A DNA stretch of 63,379 bases, counting the filler, from Octopus bimaculoides (lineage: Eukaryota): assembly GCF_001194135.2 (NCBI RefSeq). It is 5 parts of 5 records of this genome, joined end to end, with 100 filler letters (N's around TTAATTAATTAA, not from the genome) between each part and the next. Parts side by side here need not be neighbours in the genome. Positions count along the whole stretch, not along the records: positions 1 to 10,525 come from NC_068997.1; positions 10,626 to 24,279 come from NC_068983.1; 3 more parts are not named here. One strand, given 5' to 3'. The notes below the pieces were generated by a model. The model was given only the letters and a program-made list of their open reading frames with translations, was not told the DNA's origin and made no database searches. Within the stretch, counting starts at the first letter, position 1, and every line of letters begins with the position of its first letter. Below, piece by piece: positions 1 to 12,085 of this stretch. The position numbers and the translations under genes are program-made.

Positions 1-62
<62 letters not shown>
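1..62. repeat. (TG)n microsatellite
   Basis: Direct reading of the sequence. Confidence 0.98.
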
Positions 63-67
<5 letters not shown>

Positions 68-70
<3 letters not shown>

Positions 71-130
71 AAGGGTTGAACAGAAAGAACACAACGAGGA
101 GAAAACGAGAAACTAGACGAAAACTTAAGG
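68..130 (-). mobile_element. Fragment of the same Penelope pLTR-like repeat as 28535-28710, truncated at the hammerhead-like core
   Basis: Reverse complement tttctcgttttctcctcgttgtgttctttctgttcaa resembles ttttctccttgtttttctccttattctttctgttgaa at about 28552-28589. Confidence 0.4.
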
Positions 131-1099
131 GACGGGAATTTTAGACAAAGACACGATACACGGAATATTCGCAGCTGAGATTTCCTCGTCAGTCAACGGC
201 GCAAAATATCATTGTGGTTTCGCGCCATTACCATTGAGACCACTCAATTTTTCAGGCGCTGGTGCTATTGTTAAGCTGCTGGTAAAAAGCAAGCGAATGT
301 ATACTGAGACAGAAACAAATAAGACATTATATAAATACAACAAAGAATTACGCATATATAACAGTACGAAGCTTTATAATAATTATACATATACCACAAA
401 TACAACAGAAAGAGTTATATTGTGTGTATGTTTACGTACATTTACTTACAGCCTGACATAGTGTAATGTAATGTATAAAAACACCAATAAATTTCATAAA
501 GTTAATTTGTTAGTCTTCATCCGGTTTACTTTTGTAAACATTCAACCGAGTTTAATTTGTAAAACGTTTAGTACAAAGTGTGGTAAGTTATTCTCAATCA
601 TTTTGTTTTTCGTCAAAGTCCTTCGATACTTCTGAAAACAACTTTATGCAAGTGAGAAAATGGAAACATTTTTCGCGTAACAAATTTAGTTATAGATCAG
701 AATCTCATTTTATAAGCATTTTACTATAAATGCTGTATAAGAATGATAAAATTCTACGATGAAGCCTCGATCTTTCCCCTCTTTTAAACCGATTGATCTT
801 TCCTTATACGAATACCATTCCTTCTACATTTATAAATTTGGAATTTCCACGAAATTGTTTTGCCCATACTGATCTTGGAAAAATGTTTAATTTTATAAAA
901 ATACGCAGCCTTCAGTTTTCAGTCGAATATGTGTGGTGAATCTGTGCCATTTTTCATACTGTTAAATGTCGTTTTTATCCCCCTAAAAATTTTTCAATTC
1001 CAAAAGCTCCGCACACCTCTGAAAGCTTGTCAATAGAATTTCAGAAATCTCTTCGTTATAATTATTCCAATGTACACCTATTCTAAGTGCCGAATTTTC

Positions 1100-1850
1100 T
1101 TCCTTTCCATTCGCCCGACTTTCTACTATTTAGCATTTCTAGGATTTTGTGTAAATTTGTAGGTACGATAAGTACAAATAAGAATTTATTGTCAGAGCTG
1201 TAAGTTCTACATTAATTCACCATAAATGTACACTTTTTTCTTGGACTTTGATTGTACATTCCCATCTGCTGGGCAGTTAGCTTCTACCACAGTGCATAAC
1301 GTTTGTTTCGTGTCCAACAGACCATTATCAGGTCTAATATATTTGTACCGAATTGTTGTTTTTACTAGAATGTTTTACTAGTATTCCTTCTTGTAAAAGG
1401 TGTGAATACATGTTAGTTCTGACATGCTTCTGATATGTACGCCAGGGCAATCTTTGTAAATAGTCTTTGCAAATATATCATGTCTCAGGGGCAGGTAGTA
1501 TCTTGTAGACATTTTGGGGAAGCAGCTAATGATGGGGGAGGGGGTGATATCTTCTACACTGGTATAGCAGAGCCGCCGACATTTTCTATCATAACGTGGA
1601 GGTTTGATGGTATCCTTGCCCCCCTTGTTGATCAGGGTTAGGGCTATCTACTGTTCTTGGATAGCGAAGGCATACACTTCTAGGTGGGATGTGATGCATA
1701 TACCACAGGTTCAGGAAAGACTAATCTTTCTGTCAATGCTGTTGTTATCCTCTAACTTACGGGATCTGTACCTATGCATAACACTAACAAATCCGAAGAC
1801 TGCACCAACAAAGCAGGTTTCCTTCACGGACATCAATGTCAAAGCATATT
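1100..1850 (-). mobile_element. Decayed RLE-type non-LTR retrotransposon (R4/Dong-like) 3' part: post-RT region, CCHC knuckle, PD-(D/E)xK endonuclease
   Basis: Manual minus-strand translation across stops and frameshifts: TSHLEVYAFAIQEQ, DRKCRRLCYTSVEDIT..IIS.FPKMSTRYYLPLRHD, IRPD..TLCTVVEANCPADGNVQSKSKKKVYIYGELM. Confidence 0.8.
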
Positions 1851-2599
1851 CTCCAATTCCTCCGACCAACCACGCGGTCAGCCATTACACCTTATTTTTT
1901 TTTTTTTTTTTCAAGTAATTCATGGACACATGAAAATCTGAGTAACAGTTATTTTGTGATATTTTTGCACCTTTGATGAAAAGCATATTATTCTAACTCC
2001 GATATTCGCATACCATTTCCCCCCCACCTTGTTTTGCATTTATGTGCTTACTTCTGTATGTATGTGTGTGTGTAAATATGAGTGTGTGTGTGTGTGTGTG
2101 TGTGTATAAATATGAGTGTGTGTGCGCACGCGCGTGTCGATCACGAAACAAGTATTTTCTTAAACTCACAATGAACGCTTTCTGCCATCATAACGCAGGC
2201 TATAATGTTCATGATGGATCAAAACAATGTTTAGCGGTCAATAAGTTGAACTGGAGCCAGTAGACTAACTGTTTCACAATGCATAGGTTTGTCCTTTGTT
2301 TTTCTCGGTTCCTAAACTTACCACTTTCTACTTCAATGTTGTTTACTGTCCGTTGCTGTTTAAAGATGTAATAAAAGTGAGTCGATGAATTATTCCTTTT
2401 TCGTTAAGGATTGACGCCACGGTTAAGCACAGGATAAAATGATTTAAATAACATTTATGATTTGTCCGTTTTGAAAGTTCGTGTTTGAAATAAATTAGTG
2501 ATAGAAATGAAAAGTAAGTAGAAACTTATAATCCAGAAATCAAAAAGTATTTTTCAGGTGTTTTCCTCCTTCATCCTCATGTATTGAATCACCGAAATC

Positions 2600-2715
2600 C
2601 ATCGGGCTCTGTTGATTCACCGACCACTTTTGCATAAGAAGCCAACCATAGATTCCACGTGATCGGCTGGAAATAGCAATCAGATCTCCAACAAACATCA
2701 CACTACTGTCTTTAA
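2600..2715 (+). repeat. Degenerate short interspersed repeat (a related copy lies on the minus strand at about 51060-51120)
   Basis: cacgtgatcggctggaaatagcaatcagatctccaacaaacatcacac resembles the reverse complement of gggtgtgatttgacggagatttaactgctatttctaacaagacagacgaccacgt. Confidence 0.45.
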
Positions 2716-3194
2716 AAAAAAAAAACTATGTTTAAGTTAACTTTGTTTTGTCTTCGATAAAAAAAAGACGTATTCCATCATGGAGTGGTGTGCAATAGTG
2801 ATTATTTTAGTATTCAACCTTTTCTACGAGCACGAGCCATGAGAGCTTCTATGTATTTTCTCAAACTGCTAGCAGTTAAATCTCTCTCTTATTTTACACC
2901 TCATTATTGTAAAATGGTAATTCAATTTTAGATGTTCAAACATATTAAGATGTACAAGACTTGATGGTCATGACTAGAATGTCTTTGACCATATGCTTGC
3001 TACATTAGGGCTGATGTTGAGGGATAAACAATAAGAGAAGTTTGAGAACAACTTGCTCCTTCCCTCCCATCATTCATAGGACACTATTCTTCCTCTTCTA
3101 AGTCATTAAAAAATGTCATAGGTGCACTTGAACTTACTTTCCTTTTTGTCCCGCTATTTTGTGTATTAGGTATTCCTTATAAGATTACATCAGT

Positions 3195-3345
3195 TCGGAG
3201 AACGGAAGATTGACAGAATCATGAGAGTGTCGGACTAAATGCCTTACACTATTTATTCGGGCTCTACATTCTGAGTTCAAATGACGCTGATGTTGACTTT
3301 GTCTTTCATCCTTCTGGGTTAATTAAGAAAAGTAGCCACTATTAC
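3195..3345 (+). mobile_element. tRNA-derived SINE family B, degenerate copy
   Basis: Aligns by eye to 14583-14795 (ttctgagttcaaat..gttgactttg.ctttcatcc). Confidence 0.7.
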
Positions 3346-4025
3346 AAAAAGTTTTGATCTTGTACCTAAGTTAGAAACAAATAGTAATTTAGTTCTTTCC
3401 ATTAATTTTCTTCACATAATTTCTTTCCCTCTCTCTCACTTTTTGCGTTCGTTTTCTTTAATTTTCCTTCTCAACTTCTTCAGTTTCTTTCTCTGTTCTC
3501 TTACTTCCCCCTCCACTCTTCTTATCTCCTTAATCTTTTTCTCCCCTTCCACTTTTCACGTCTGTCAGAATCTCATGTCGCCATTACCTTTTTCACTTGC
3601 CACTCAACTTGTCTAACTTCCATTCAACTCAATTGAAGATCAAATAATATGTTCATTCAATTGTCATATCTCTTCTGAAAGAACTGAAGTCGCTAAATAA
3701 GCCAAACTATTATTAGCCCAGAGAATCGCCGCCATTGCATGCCCAGTAGTAATAACACAGAATCTAGATTTCTACTGAAATATTCCAGACTGTGGTTTCT
3801 CGAAGTAGCAATAGTTAAAATGGTAAAGTGTTTATTTAGGAAAATGGAAGCGTTTCTGGTCAATGAACAGTCACATTTCTAATTCTTCATCGTAGTGTAA
3901 TATGTGTGTGTGTATGAATACATACATACATACAGTCATTCATACATACATACATACATACATACATACATACATGTATATACACTTTATACACACACAC
4001 ACACACACATATATACATACACATA

Positions 4026-4280
4026 CACAGTGTGCGATGGGTAAATTGTCGTCATTTCATATTTTTTTAATATCGCGCGTGCACATTGTTTTAGATTTTG
4101 TCGACTACACAGTATAATAGGATCTGTTGGACACTGTTTGTGAGAAAAACAGCACCATGACACAATTCTCTCTGCCAGAAATTTGGAAACGACATGTTGT
4201 ACTGCTTGGCATTCACGCTGGAAGCTCCAATATGAACATTTCAAAGTGTTTGGGTGTCAATCTTAGGACAGTGTAATCTG
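4026..4280 (+). mobile_element. 5' end of a Tc1/mariner-superfamily transposon (terminus plus N-terminal HTH), truncated
   Basis: ATG at 4157 gives MTQFSLPEIWKRHVVLLGIHAGSSNMNISKCLGVNLRTV, an HTH pattern (I-x-x-x-L-G-V-x-x-R-T-V) typical of Tc1/maT transposases. The element starts just after TA. Confidence 0.5.
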
Positions 4281-4459
4281 AGGAAATGTACCGAGAGTGA
4301 TAAAAACCAAACATCCAGTCAACACCATATATTTGATCCTGTTCTCATCGGGACATGCTATGTCGATTAGCATGCATCTTCTTCTTCTTCTTCTTTTTCT
4401 TTTTTATTCAGGGTCCGATGCCCGGTCAGGTGATCGCACTGTTTCATTGTATCCCACAG

Positions 4460-4563
4460 GATTTTGCAATTTTCATTCGCGGTGACTCTTTCTGGCATTG
4501 CCAGAATAAACGCTGCTAAGCATTTTATCCGAGGCATTAGCTTTTCTATCAGCTCACTGCCTT
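4460..4563 (-). mobile_element. SINE family B 5' part, degenerate
   Basis: Reverse complement aaggcagtgagctgatagaaaagctaatgcctcggataaaatgcttagc matches the family B head. Confidence 0.55.
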
Positions 4564-4631
4564 AATAATAATACTAATAATATTGTTGTGTGTGGATTAT
4601 TTGTGATTTAATATAAATATTCTATTATTGA

Positions 4632-4830
4632 AGGTGGTGAGTTGGCAAGATTGGTTTAACGTCCGATAAATCTGCCTTGCACTATTTGTTCCAGTTCATT
4701 ATGTTCAAATCCAGCCAAAATCAACTTTGCTTAGCATCATTTCGATAAAATACCAGTCAAGTACATGGGTCGATATAGTAAATAGACTAATAACCTCTCT
4801 TAAAATATTGCTCTGGCTTGTTCCTAAATT
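4632..4830 (+). mobile_element. SINE family B, degenerate full-length copy
   Basis: ggtgagttggcaagattgg..gttcaaatccagcc..tcaactttgc..cgataaaataccagtcaagtac matches 14583-14795. Confidence 0.7.
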
Positions 4831-5439
4831 AGGAATGATTTTTGTCAATATATATAGAAGCAGTGGTTAAGACACTGGAAAATGGTTCGGTGAGCTGTAG
4901 TGCTTCAATTGTTCTGCATAGTTAGAAATGGATGGAGACCGTCAAACGGGCTAAAAATATGTTATACATATAGCGGAATTTCTCCATTGTCTTCTTCCTT
5001 TGTGATGTATTATGGGATTCACTATATGTTTGATTATATCTATATATGTGTGTCTCTGTGTCTGGAAACAACCCATTAACTGCCTTATATCTGAAAGCAA
5101 TATTTCACATTTTAGCCTCACATAGACTTTTGAGTGACTTCCAGAATGTATGTTTTATGTTTTTTATGATACGAAGATTATTATTGGAGAAAGGCCAGGA
5201 TGTAAATTGCATGGAAGAAGTGCTAGATAATATTAAAGTACAAGAAACCTATATATATTATTGATTGAAGAATAATGCAAGAGAAGGTTGCATTCACAAT
5301 ATAATAGAAGTTTTTAAAAACATCTTTTCCTTATTGATGTAAATATATCGAAATATGCTTTTGATTGCATTCCTCTACTGTTAACCGTTTATCTACCCAC
5401 ATTAACCGATTATGTAATATATATTTATGTCCCCTGGAT

Positions 5440-5695
5440 CCTCTGGATTGACCAGGCTGTCTGTAAAGAGCCGGCTCCACTGGTCACAGTTCCTTTCGTG
5501 CTCACGCCATTCTCCTCTACGTTGTTCCAAACATTTTTCTTCAATCATCTTCCCACCTGATTGGAGGTCTTCCGAGTGGTCTCTTTCTTCGCGCAGGTGC
5601 CAATCGACAACTACACGGCTCCACCGATTGTCTTGCGATATGACTGGCCCATCGTAACTTTGTGTGGTCGTATTCCGTGACAACATCCTTCACTA
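5440..5695 (-). mobile_element. RTE-clade LINE 3' fragment (RT thumb/C-terminus)
   Basis: Frameshifted minus translation KLRWASHIARQ-DNRWSRVVVDWHLREERPLGRPPIRWEDD matches the WAGHxAR..RW..W.P...R..GRPP.RW.DD RTE signature. Confidence 0.85.
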
Positions 5696-6640
5696 CAGAT
5701 ATATTTATGTACATTCTTATAATTCACAGAATCTATTATAAACCATGCTTTTTCTCTTATTTCATTCTCATTTTAATCTTGTGTGACCCCTGTTTGAAGG
5801 ATATGTTAAGTTACGTAAGGTCAATGATGTAGAAGTAGCAAGTAAATCTCACTCAATTCAGATTCTCTGTTTTATAAAAGAAAAAAAAAAGGATATATTG
5901 AATAATGTAGCATTAGATGTACCATAATGAGAAGAAATGGCTGAATTGCCATTTTTGGAAAGCTTCTAATCTTAGAGTAGCTTCACTAGAGCTGACTTGG
6001 AGCTAAACAATAAAAGTAGTAGGAGATTTTTTTAAAATCATCTATGCGGCCTGTTTCTTTAAACATCAGACCAAACTGAAATATGTCGCATTTTTATTAT
6101 CGTAAATCGTAGAGAAACTGTATGTCTTTGAACTGACATAAAAATGTATTTAATGAATTTTTATACCATGAAATATGAAAATTAATTTTAAATAAAAAAA
6201 AATTAGCAGAAATACTTGACAGAAAATGAGAGGAGATTTTATAAGGGGAAAGGATTTAAAAGAAGAGATGATGAGTAGCAAAGAGATTTGTAAATTTATC
6301 ATTACTAGTCTTATAAGTTTCAGGTTGTGACAGTGAGAACAAACGGGCAAAAGTTCGAAATCTATCGATGTGAACTCATTGACAGAACAACTGAATGCAA
6401 ATGTTAAAGAAAACTTGATGGAACCAATAGAAACATTTTGTCCTCGTAATCTTGGAGTACACTTGCTTGAAGAAGTTCAAAAGATGTTTTTCTCAGGATA
6501 CGAAGACTTCCATGCCTGTTACACTACAATACGCTTTTTCTCACTCCGACATTATTTGTTTCGATTTATGGATACTTGGATGACCTTTGACTTTACCTTG
6601 AAAGGAAAAGAAAGCTCACTCAATGGAAATTGATATAATA

Positions 6641-7078
6641 TAGGCGCAGGAGTGGCTGTGTGGTAAGTAGCTTGCTTACCAACCACATAGTACCTTGGGC
6701 AAGTGTCTTCTACTATAGCCTCGGGCCGACCAAAGCCTTGNNNNNNNNNNGCAAGTGTCTTCTACTATAGCCTCGGGCCGACCAAAGCCTTGTGAGTGGA
6801 TTTGGTAGACGGAAACTGAAAGAAGCCTGTCGTATATATGTATATATATATACATGTGTGCGTGTTTGTGTGTCTGTGTTTGTCCCCCTATCATTGCTTG
6901 ACAACCGATGCTGGTGTGTTTATGTCCCCGTAACTTAGCGGTTCGGCAAAAAGAGACCGATAGAATAAGTACTAGGCTTCCAAAGAATAAGTCCCGAGGT
7001 CGATTTGCTCGATTAAAGGTGGTGCTCCAGCATGGCCGCAGTGAAATGACTGAAACGAGTAAAAGAGTAAAATAGTAA
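6641..7078 (+). mobile_element. tRNA-derived CORE-like SINE family A, full length, with B-box region deleted
   Basis: A-box tggctgtgtggtaa; core gtaccttgggcaagtgtcttc; central (TA/TG) tract; tail gagtaaaa repeats. The ggttcagtccc segment present at about 9150-9160 is missing. Confidence 0.92.
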
Positions 7079-7394
7079 GTGAAAACAAGATCAGCTAGAC
7101 TGGTGCTAGAGGGTAGAAATCTCACTGCTTGTATGGGGACTGAAACCATATCAAGGCCTATCGCTGTGGTTTTTGTTTTGTGCTTTTCATTTAACCTGCC
7201 TAAATATGTACCATTGCCTGTTTGCCCGCATCTCCTATGTACACACACACATACACACATGCACACATACACATATATGCACACACATATATGCTTTGTA
7301 ACGGCTTTTGTTTGAGATGTTTTGTATTGTACGTCTGGGCCTCTATCGCAAATAAAGGATTTTTATGATTATTTTTTATTGTTTGTGTTGGATT

Positions 7395-7600
7395 GACCGA
7401 CTTGTTAGCGCGTCGGACAAATTGCCATACAATATTTGTTACTGCTCTTTATATTCCGAGTTCAAATCTCATCAAAGCTAACTTTGCTTTCATTCCACGG
7501 GGGCCAATTAAATAAAGTACCAGTCAAATACTAGGTTGATATATTCGACTACCCACATTCCCACTTAAAATTGCTGTTGGCCTTGAGACGAAATTTGAAG
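7395..7600 (+). mobile_element. SINE family B, degenerate
   Basis: gttagcgcgtcggacaaattgcc..ccgagttcaaatctc..aactttgc..aaagtaccagtcaaatac. Confidence 0.7.
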
Positions 7601-8045
7601 CAATTATTGTTTTATTACGGTCTGCTGTTCTGCAGTTTTTGTGTATTCAAAACCGGAACAGTTTCATTCATTTTGCTAAAAACTGGTCGGAAAAATATTA
7701 ACATCACTGCATCTCATTCCTTCTTAACAAAGTAGTTTTGTTGTAATTGCTGACTTCTCGTTTTAATTTTGTTCTTACATATTATTTTAAATGGCCTTTT
7801 TTTCAGTGTTCCCGCCCTTATAAACTCAGCTGTCCTCCATTCGTTCTTTCTATATTCTATTACATGTGCCATCTTTTATTACTTTAATGATTCCATTTAT
7901 CTGTTGGAAGAACTGTTTATTGCTTGTAGCTCTCTTTTATGGGCGTCTGCTTTCTACTTGAATTAAAACCAAAACTGTAATATTGAATCAAGCGGTAGAT
8001 TACATCAAAGAACAAATTAATTTACATTGACCGAACGACTAAGTG

Positions 8046-8086
<41 letters not shown>

Positions 8087-8602
8087 NNNNNNNNNNNNNN
8101 NNNNNNNNNNNNNNNNNNNNNNNNNNNNNNNNNNNNNNNNNNNNNNNNNNNNNNNNNNNNNNNNNNNNNNNNNNNNNNNNNNNNNNNNNNNNNNNNNNNN
8201 NNNNNNNNNNNNNNNNNNNNNNNNNNNNNNNNNNNNNNNNNNNNNNNNNNNNNNNNNNNNNNNNNNNNNNNNNNNNNNNNNNNNNNNNNNNNNNNNNNNN
8301 NNNNNNNNNNNNNNNNNNNNNNNNNNNNNNNNNNNNNNNNNNNNNNNNNNNNNNNNNNNNNNNNNNNNNNNNNNNNNNNNNNNNNNNNNNNNNNNNNNNN
8401 NNNNNNNNNNNNNNNNNNNNNNNNNNNNNNNNNNNNNNNNNNNNNNNNNNNNNNNNNNNNNNNNNNNNNNNNNNNNNNNNNNNNNNNNNNNNNNNNNNNN
8501 NNNNNNNNNNNNNNNNNNNNNNNNNNNNNNNNNNNNNNATACATACATACATATATACATATGTATATATATCTGTAAATAATATGTGACAATTATTCGG
8601 TA

Positions 8603-8673
8603 GCCATGATAAAACTTCGAGTTTCGGATGTCGGGGCGGAAACCCACGCCGCCATCTCTTCAGTTATCTGGCC
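8603..8673 (-). ncRNA. Minimal type I hammerhead ribozyme motif with intact core (Penelope pLTR type)
   Basis: Minus strand: gcca-gataa CTGAAGA gatg..catcc GAAA ct-cga-ag T T ttatc-a-tggc. Stem I gataa/ttatc plus gcca/tggc; stem II gatg/catc with inner ggcgg/ccgcc; stem III act/agt; GUU cleavage triplet. Confidence 0.7.
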
Positions 8674-9104
8674 ATCGAAAAAAATGCTATGAAAATGACC
8701 GTTAAACAAAGGGAAATTATTGTGTGACCGACCGTTATTAAGACAAAAGAGCTATTAGAATGACCGCTAAATGAGGAGAGGGAGCAAAGGTAAGGGAGTA
8801 AAAATGTCCATAGCATTCGCGTAAGCGCTCATTTCCATACATACACATGCGCGACCGCACCCCCACGTACATGCGCCTATATGTATATACTCGTCCACCC
8901 TCACTTGAAACACATGCTCACCCACACATTCGCCAAAAAATATATACATACCCGCATACACACTCACACACGCGCGCGTGCGCACAACACGTTCGCACAC
9001 ATGCATGCTCGCGCACAAAAATTTCATACACACGTCTATATACGCACATGCACAAGAAAAAACAGAGCTAAAGGAAAAATACAGAACAATGTGTAAAAAA
9101 GTGT

Positions 9105-9547
9105 GTGGTTGTGTGGTAAGTAGCTTGCTTACCAACCACATGGTTCTGGGTTCAGTCCCACTGCGTGGCACCTTGGGCAAGTGTCTTCTACTATAGCCTC
9201 GGGCCGACCAAAGCCTTGTGAGTGGATTTGGTAGACGGAAACTGAAAGAAGCCCGTCGTATATATGTAAATATGTATATNNNNNNNNNNNNNNNNNNNNN
9301 NNNNNNNNNNNNNNNNNNNNNNNNNNNNNNNNNNNNNNNNNNNNNNNNNNNNNNNNNNNNNNNNNNNNNNNNNNNNNNNNNNNNNNNNNNNNNNNNNNNN
9401 NNNNNNNNNNNNNNTCGATAGAATAAGTACTAGGCTTACAAAAAATAAGTCCTGGGGTCGATTTGCGCTCGACTAAAGGCGGTGCTCCAGCATGGCCACA
9501 GTCAAATGACTGAAACAAGTAAAGAGAGTATAAAGAGTAAAAGGGTA
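9105..9547 (+). mobile_element. SINE family A, full length, with an N gap in the central microsatellite
   Basis: A-box tggttgtgtggtaa, B-box ggttcagtccc, core ggcaccttgggcaagtg, tail agagtaaaa. Confidence 0.93.
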
Positions 9548-10040
9548 AAACACGTCTATATACGCACATACTCGCATGCACACACGCACACACGTCTATA
9601 TACGCACATACCGGCTCACACGCACACATTCACAAGCGCTCACATAAGGTTCCATATACACGTCTATATACGCACAGGAAAAATGTAGGGTGGAAGGGAG
9701 AATACAAAAAAAATATGTGTAAAAAATATGAGCAATAAACCTATAAAACAATGTCTCTATAAATATGTAAAAAAATATAAAAAGTAATATAAGTAAAAAG
9801 TATAGAGAGATAAAAAGCTTGTACCTAGACACAATATAGAAAGCAAGTCCTATCTGTAATCTCAGGGGGACCAAAAACGTAACAAATATTTAGCCACATG
9901 TGGACATGATCCGAAAAGTTCAGTTCTTGAATTTAGACATGTGGCGGGGCCTAAGCTGATTTTCCAGATGAGCCATCTTTCCATATCACAAAGACCGTAC
10001 CTTCCCGCTGCCGTTGGTGTAGTGCTTACACTTGGTTAAG

Positions 10041-10091
10041 ATCTTCCAATGGATGTTGTAAAGGTGTCAGTTACAACATCCATTGGAAGAT
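10041..10091. repeat. Perfect 21-bp inverted repeat with a 9-nt loop
   Basis: atcttccaatggatgttgtaa (10041-10061) is the exact reverse complement of ttacaacatccattggaagat (10071-10091). Confidence 0.97.
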
Positions 10092-10105
10092 GAATACTGT
10101 TATTT

Positions 10106-10199
10106 ATATCCTCCTTGAAGACATTGATGCATAGCTGACCATTATCCATCCTGTCGGACGTATTTTAGATGCATCCATCGAAACATGTGTAGGAGATAT
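10106..10199 (+). ncRNA. Degenerate minimal hammerhead ribozyme motif (C3U)
   Basis: atatc-ctcc TTGAAGA cattgatgcat..atgcatccatc GAAA c-atgt-g T A ggag-atat. Stem I ctcc/ggag, stem II 9 of 11 pairs, palindromic acatgt, GUA triplet. Confidence 0.5.
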
Positions 10200-10256
10200 G
10201 AAGATATAAATGATTTAATAACATCTTGAGCATTTGTCTCCTTTTCCTGTTTTTCC

Positions 10257-10299
<43 letters not shown>

Positions 10300-10350
10300 A
10301 TGTGTGTGTGTGCACGCGCGTGTATAACAATGATTAAACCCATTTTACTT

Positions 10351-10478
10351 GGGGTTTAAAAATCTTATCCTTGTAACCAAAACACAAAAGATCTCTCAGA
10401 TATCATCATTTCTATAAATAGATTTGGCATCATTTCTAAGAACAGCCAAACACCTACTGGGGTTTAAAAATCTTATCC
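10351..10478 (+). repeat. 20-bp exact direct repeat, 108-bp spacing
   Basis: ggggtttaaaaatcttatcc at 10351 and 10459. Confidence 0.85.
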
Positions 10479-10525
10479 CTACAACCCACACAAAACAATA
10501 AATTAAAATATCATGTAGTATATTG

Positions 10526-10625
10526 NNNNNNNNNNNNNNNNNNNNNNNNNNNNNNNNNNNNNNNNNNNNTTAATTAATTAANNNNNNNNNNNNNNNNNNN
10601 NNNNNNNNNNNNNNNNNNNNNNNNN
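10526..10625. other. Assembly spacer 44N-TTAATTAATTAA-44N (the same 12-mer in N gaps occurs at 24324, 42892 and 61391)
   Basis: Self-complementary 12-mer with stops in all six frames, centred in a 100-bp N block and repeated identically four times. Confidence 0.95.
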
Positions 10626-10679
10626 CTACATTGTATTTGTCCCATCTTCGTTGAGCCCTGTGTGCCTAATAAAAGAAAT

Positions 10680-10680
10680 G

Positions 10681-10734
<54 letters not shown>

Positions 10735-10742
10735 CCCATCTA

Positions 10743-10826
<84 letters not shown>
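10680..10826. repeat. (TATC)n/(TGTC)n tetranucleotide microsatellite (similar tracts near 26230, 34565, 38680, 59790)
   Basis: Direct reading. Confidence 0.97.
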
Positions 10827-10827
<1 letters not shown>

Positions 10828-11857
10828 GTGTATGCCCCCGCTACCTTCACTGAAGGGAGGCCTACTTGCTAGATCAACTGTTATTAGGTTTCTCTCAATA
10901 TTCTTCTATGCATTGCTCGTTCTCACTTTTTAACGAAATCCAGTGGCTTGCCTTCTTCACTGCAGCCTGGATACCACTGATGACGGCATTTGCTTTACAA
11001 TGAGAATATGAACTGCGAATTGAGAGAAATATTTCTGTGGAATGAAATACCAGGAAAGCCATGTAGTGTAGCTACTGAAATTTATGATAACGATTTATTA
11101 AAGCTTAAAATCAAACAGTAAATATTTCTGCATACTAAGTTTATATCGATTTTATTCATATGTTGGCATGAAATGCCCCTTTTCAATTATTGAAAAGTGC
11201 ACCAATTCCGATTGGTGAGTTCAGCAGAGACAATATTCACAAATAATGCTTTTACAATATTTTATTTTTTTTAAACTTCACAATTGTGTTTATCAAAAAG
11301 TATTCAGGTAGAAAATAATATAGCTACCTTACAACAAGCGCTATGGGCTGATTTCACTGAAAGATTTTGTAAAACAGTTTAGCTACTTCAAAGATTTTTA
11401 ACTGATAGCAAGAACTGTATTCAGGAAATCGAAGTGCATTTACGGTAAATGTAACTCGTTTACTGATGGTTTTAGTGAAGCCACCGTTATCATATCTTCT
11501 ATGTTTCCCTTTAACGAAATAAAAAAAAAGCAAAAACACTAATTTTCCACGCTGGTCAAGTTTAAAATGTCAATACTTTGGAGTCGAGAACATAGAACAC
11601 CGCTTCGATGGTGGTTTCTACAATTCAACTGAAAAAAAAAAAAAAAAGAAAATGATGGAACATGTGTCATTTTTCACGCGAATCCACCCAGCCATTTGGC
11701 TGTGAACCTCAAGACAAGAAAGAATACAACGTTCGCCCATGTTATATTTATGTTATAGAAGATTACATCGAAAACAATTGTTCCGTAGAATGCATATTAC
11801 GATTCAATCGTGAGTTTTATTGATATAGTTATATTTTAATCGATTAACCATTAAAAA

Positions 11858-12085
11858 GGCGAACTGGCAGAAACGTTAGCACGCCGGGCGAAATCCGTAG
11901 CGGTATATCGTCTGTCACTACGGTCTGAGTTCAAATTCCGCCAAAGTCAACTTTGCCATTCATCCTTTCGGGGTTGATTAAATAAGTAGCAGTTAAACAC
12001 CGGGGCCAATGTAATCGACTTAATCCTTTTGTCTATCCTTGTTTGTCCCCTCTGTGTGTAGCTCCTTGTGGGCAGTAAAGAAATA
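11858..12085 (+). mobile_element. SINE family B with an alternative tail
   Basis: ggcgaactggcagaaacgttagc head, B-box-like gagttcaaattcc, tail gtttgtcccctctgtgtgtagctccttgtgggcagtaaagaaata. Confidence 0.88.

Noticed and set aside
150-200. Minus-strand CTGACGA followed by a ggaa/ttcc stem
   Set aside because: No GAAA follows stem II, so it is not counted as a hammerhead.
6320-6633. 87-aa ORF and protein-like text
   Set aside because: All frames hit stops, no motif is recognisable, and splice signals are inconsistent; probably an old TE relic.
6700-6790. Direct duplication of the SINE core across a 10-N gap
   Set aside because: Identical sequence on both sides of a tiny gap indicates unmerged contig overlap.
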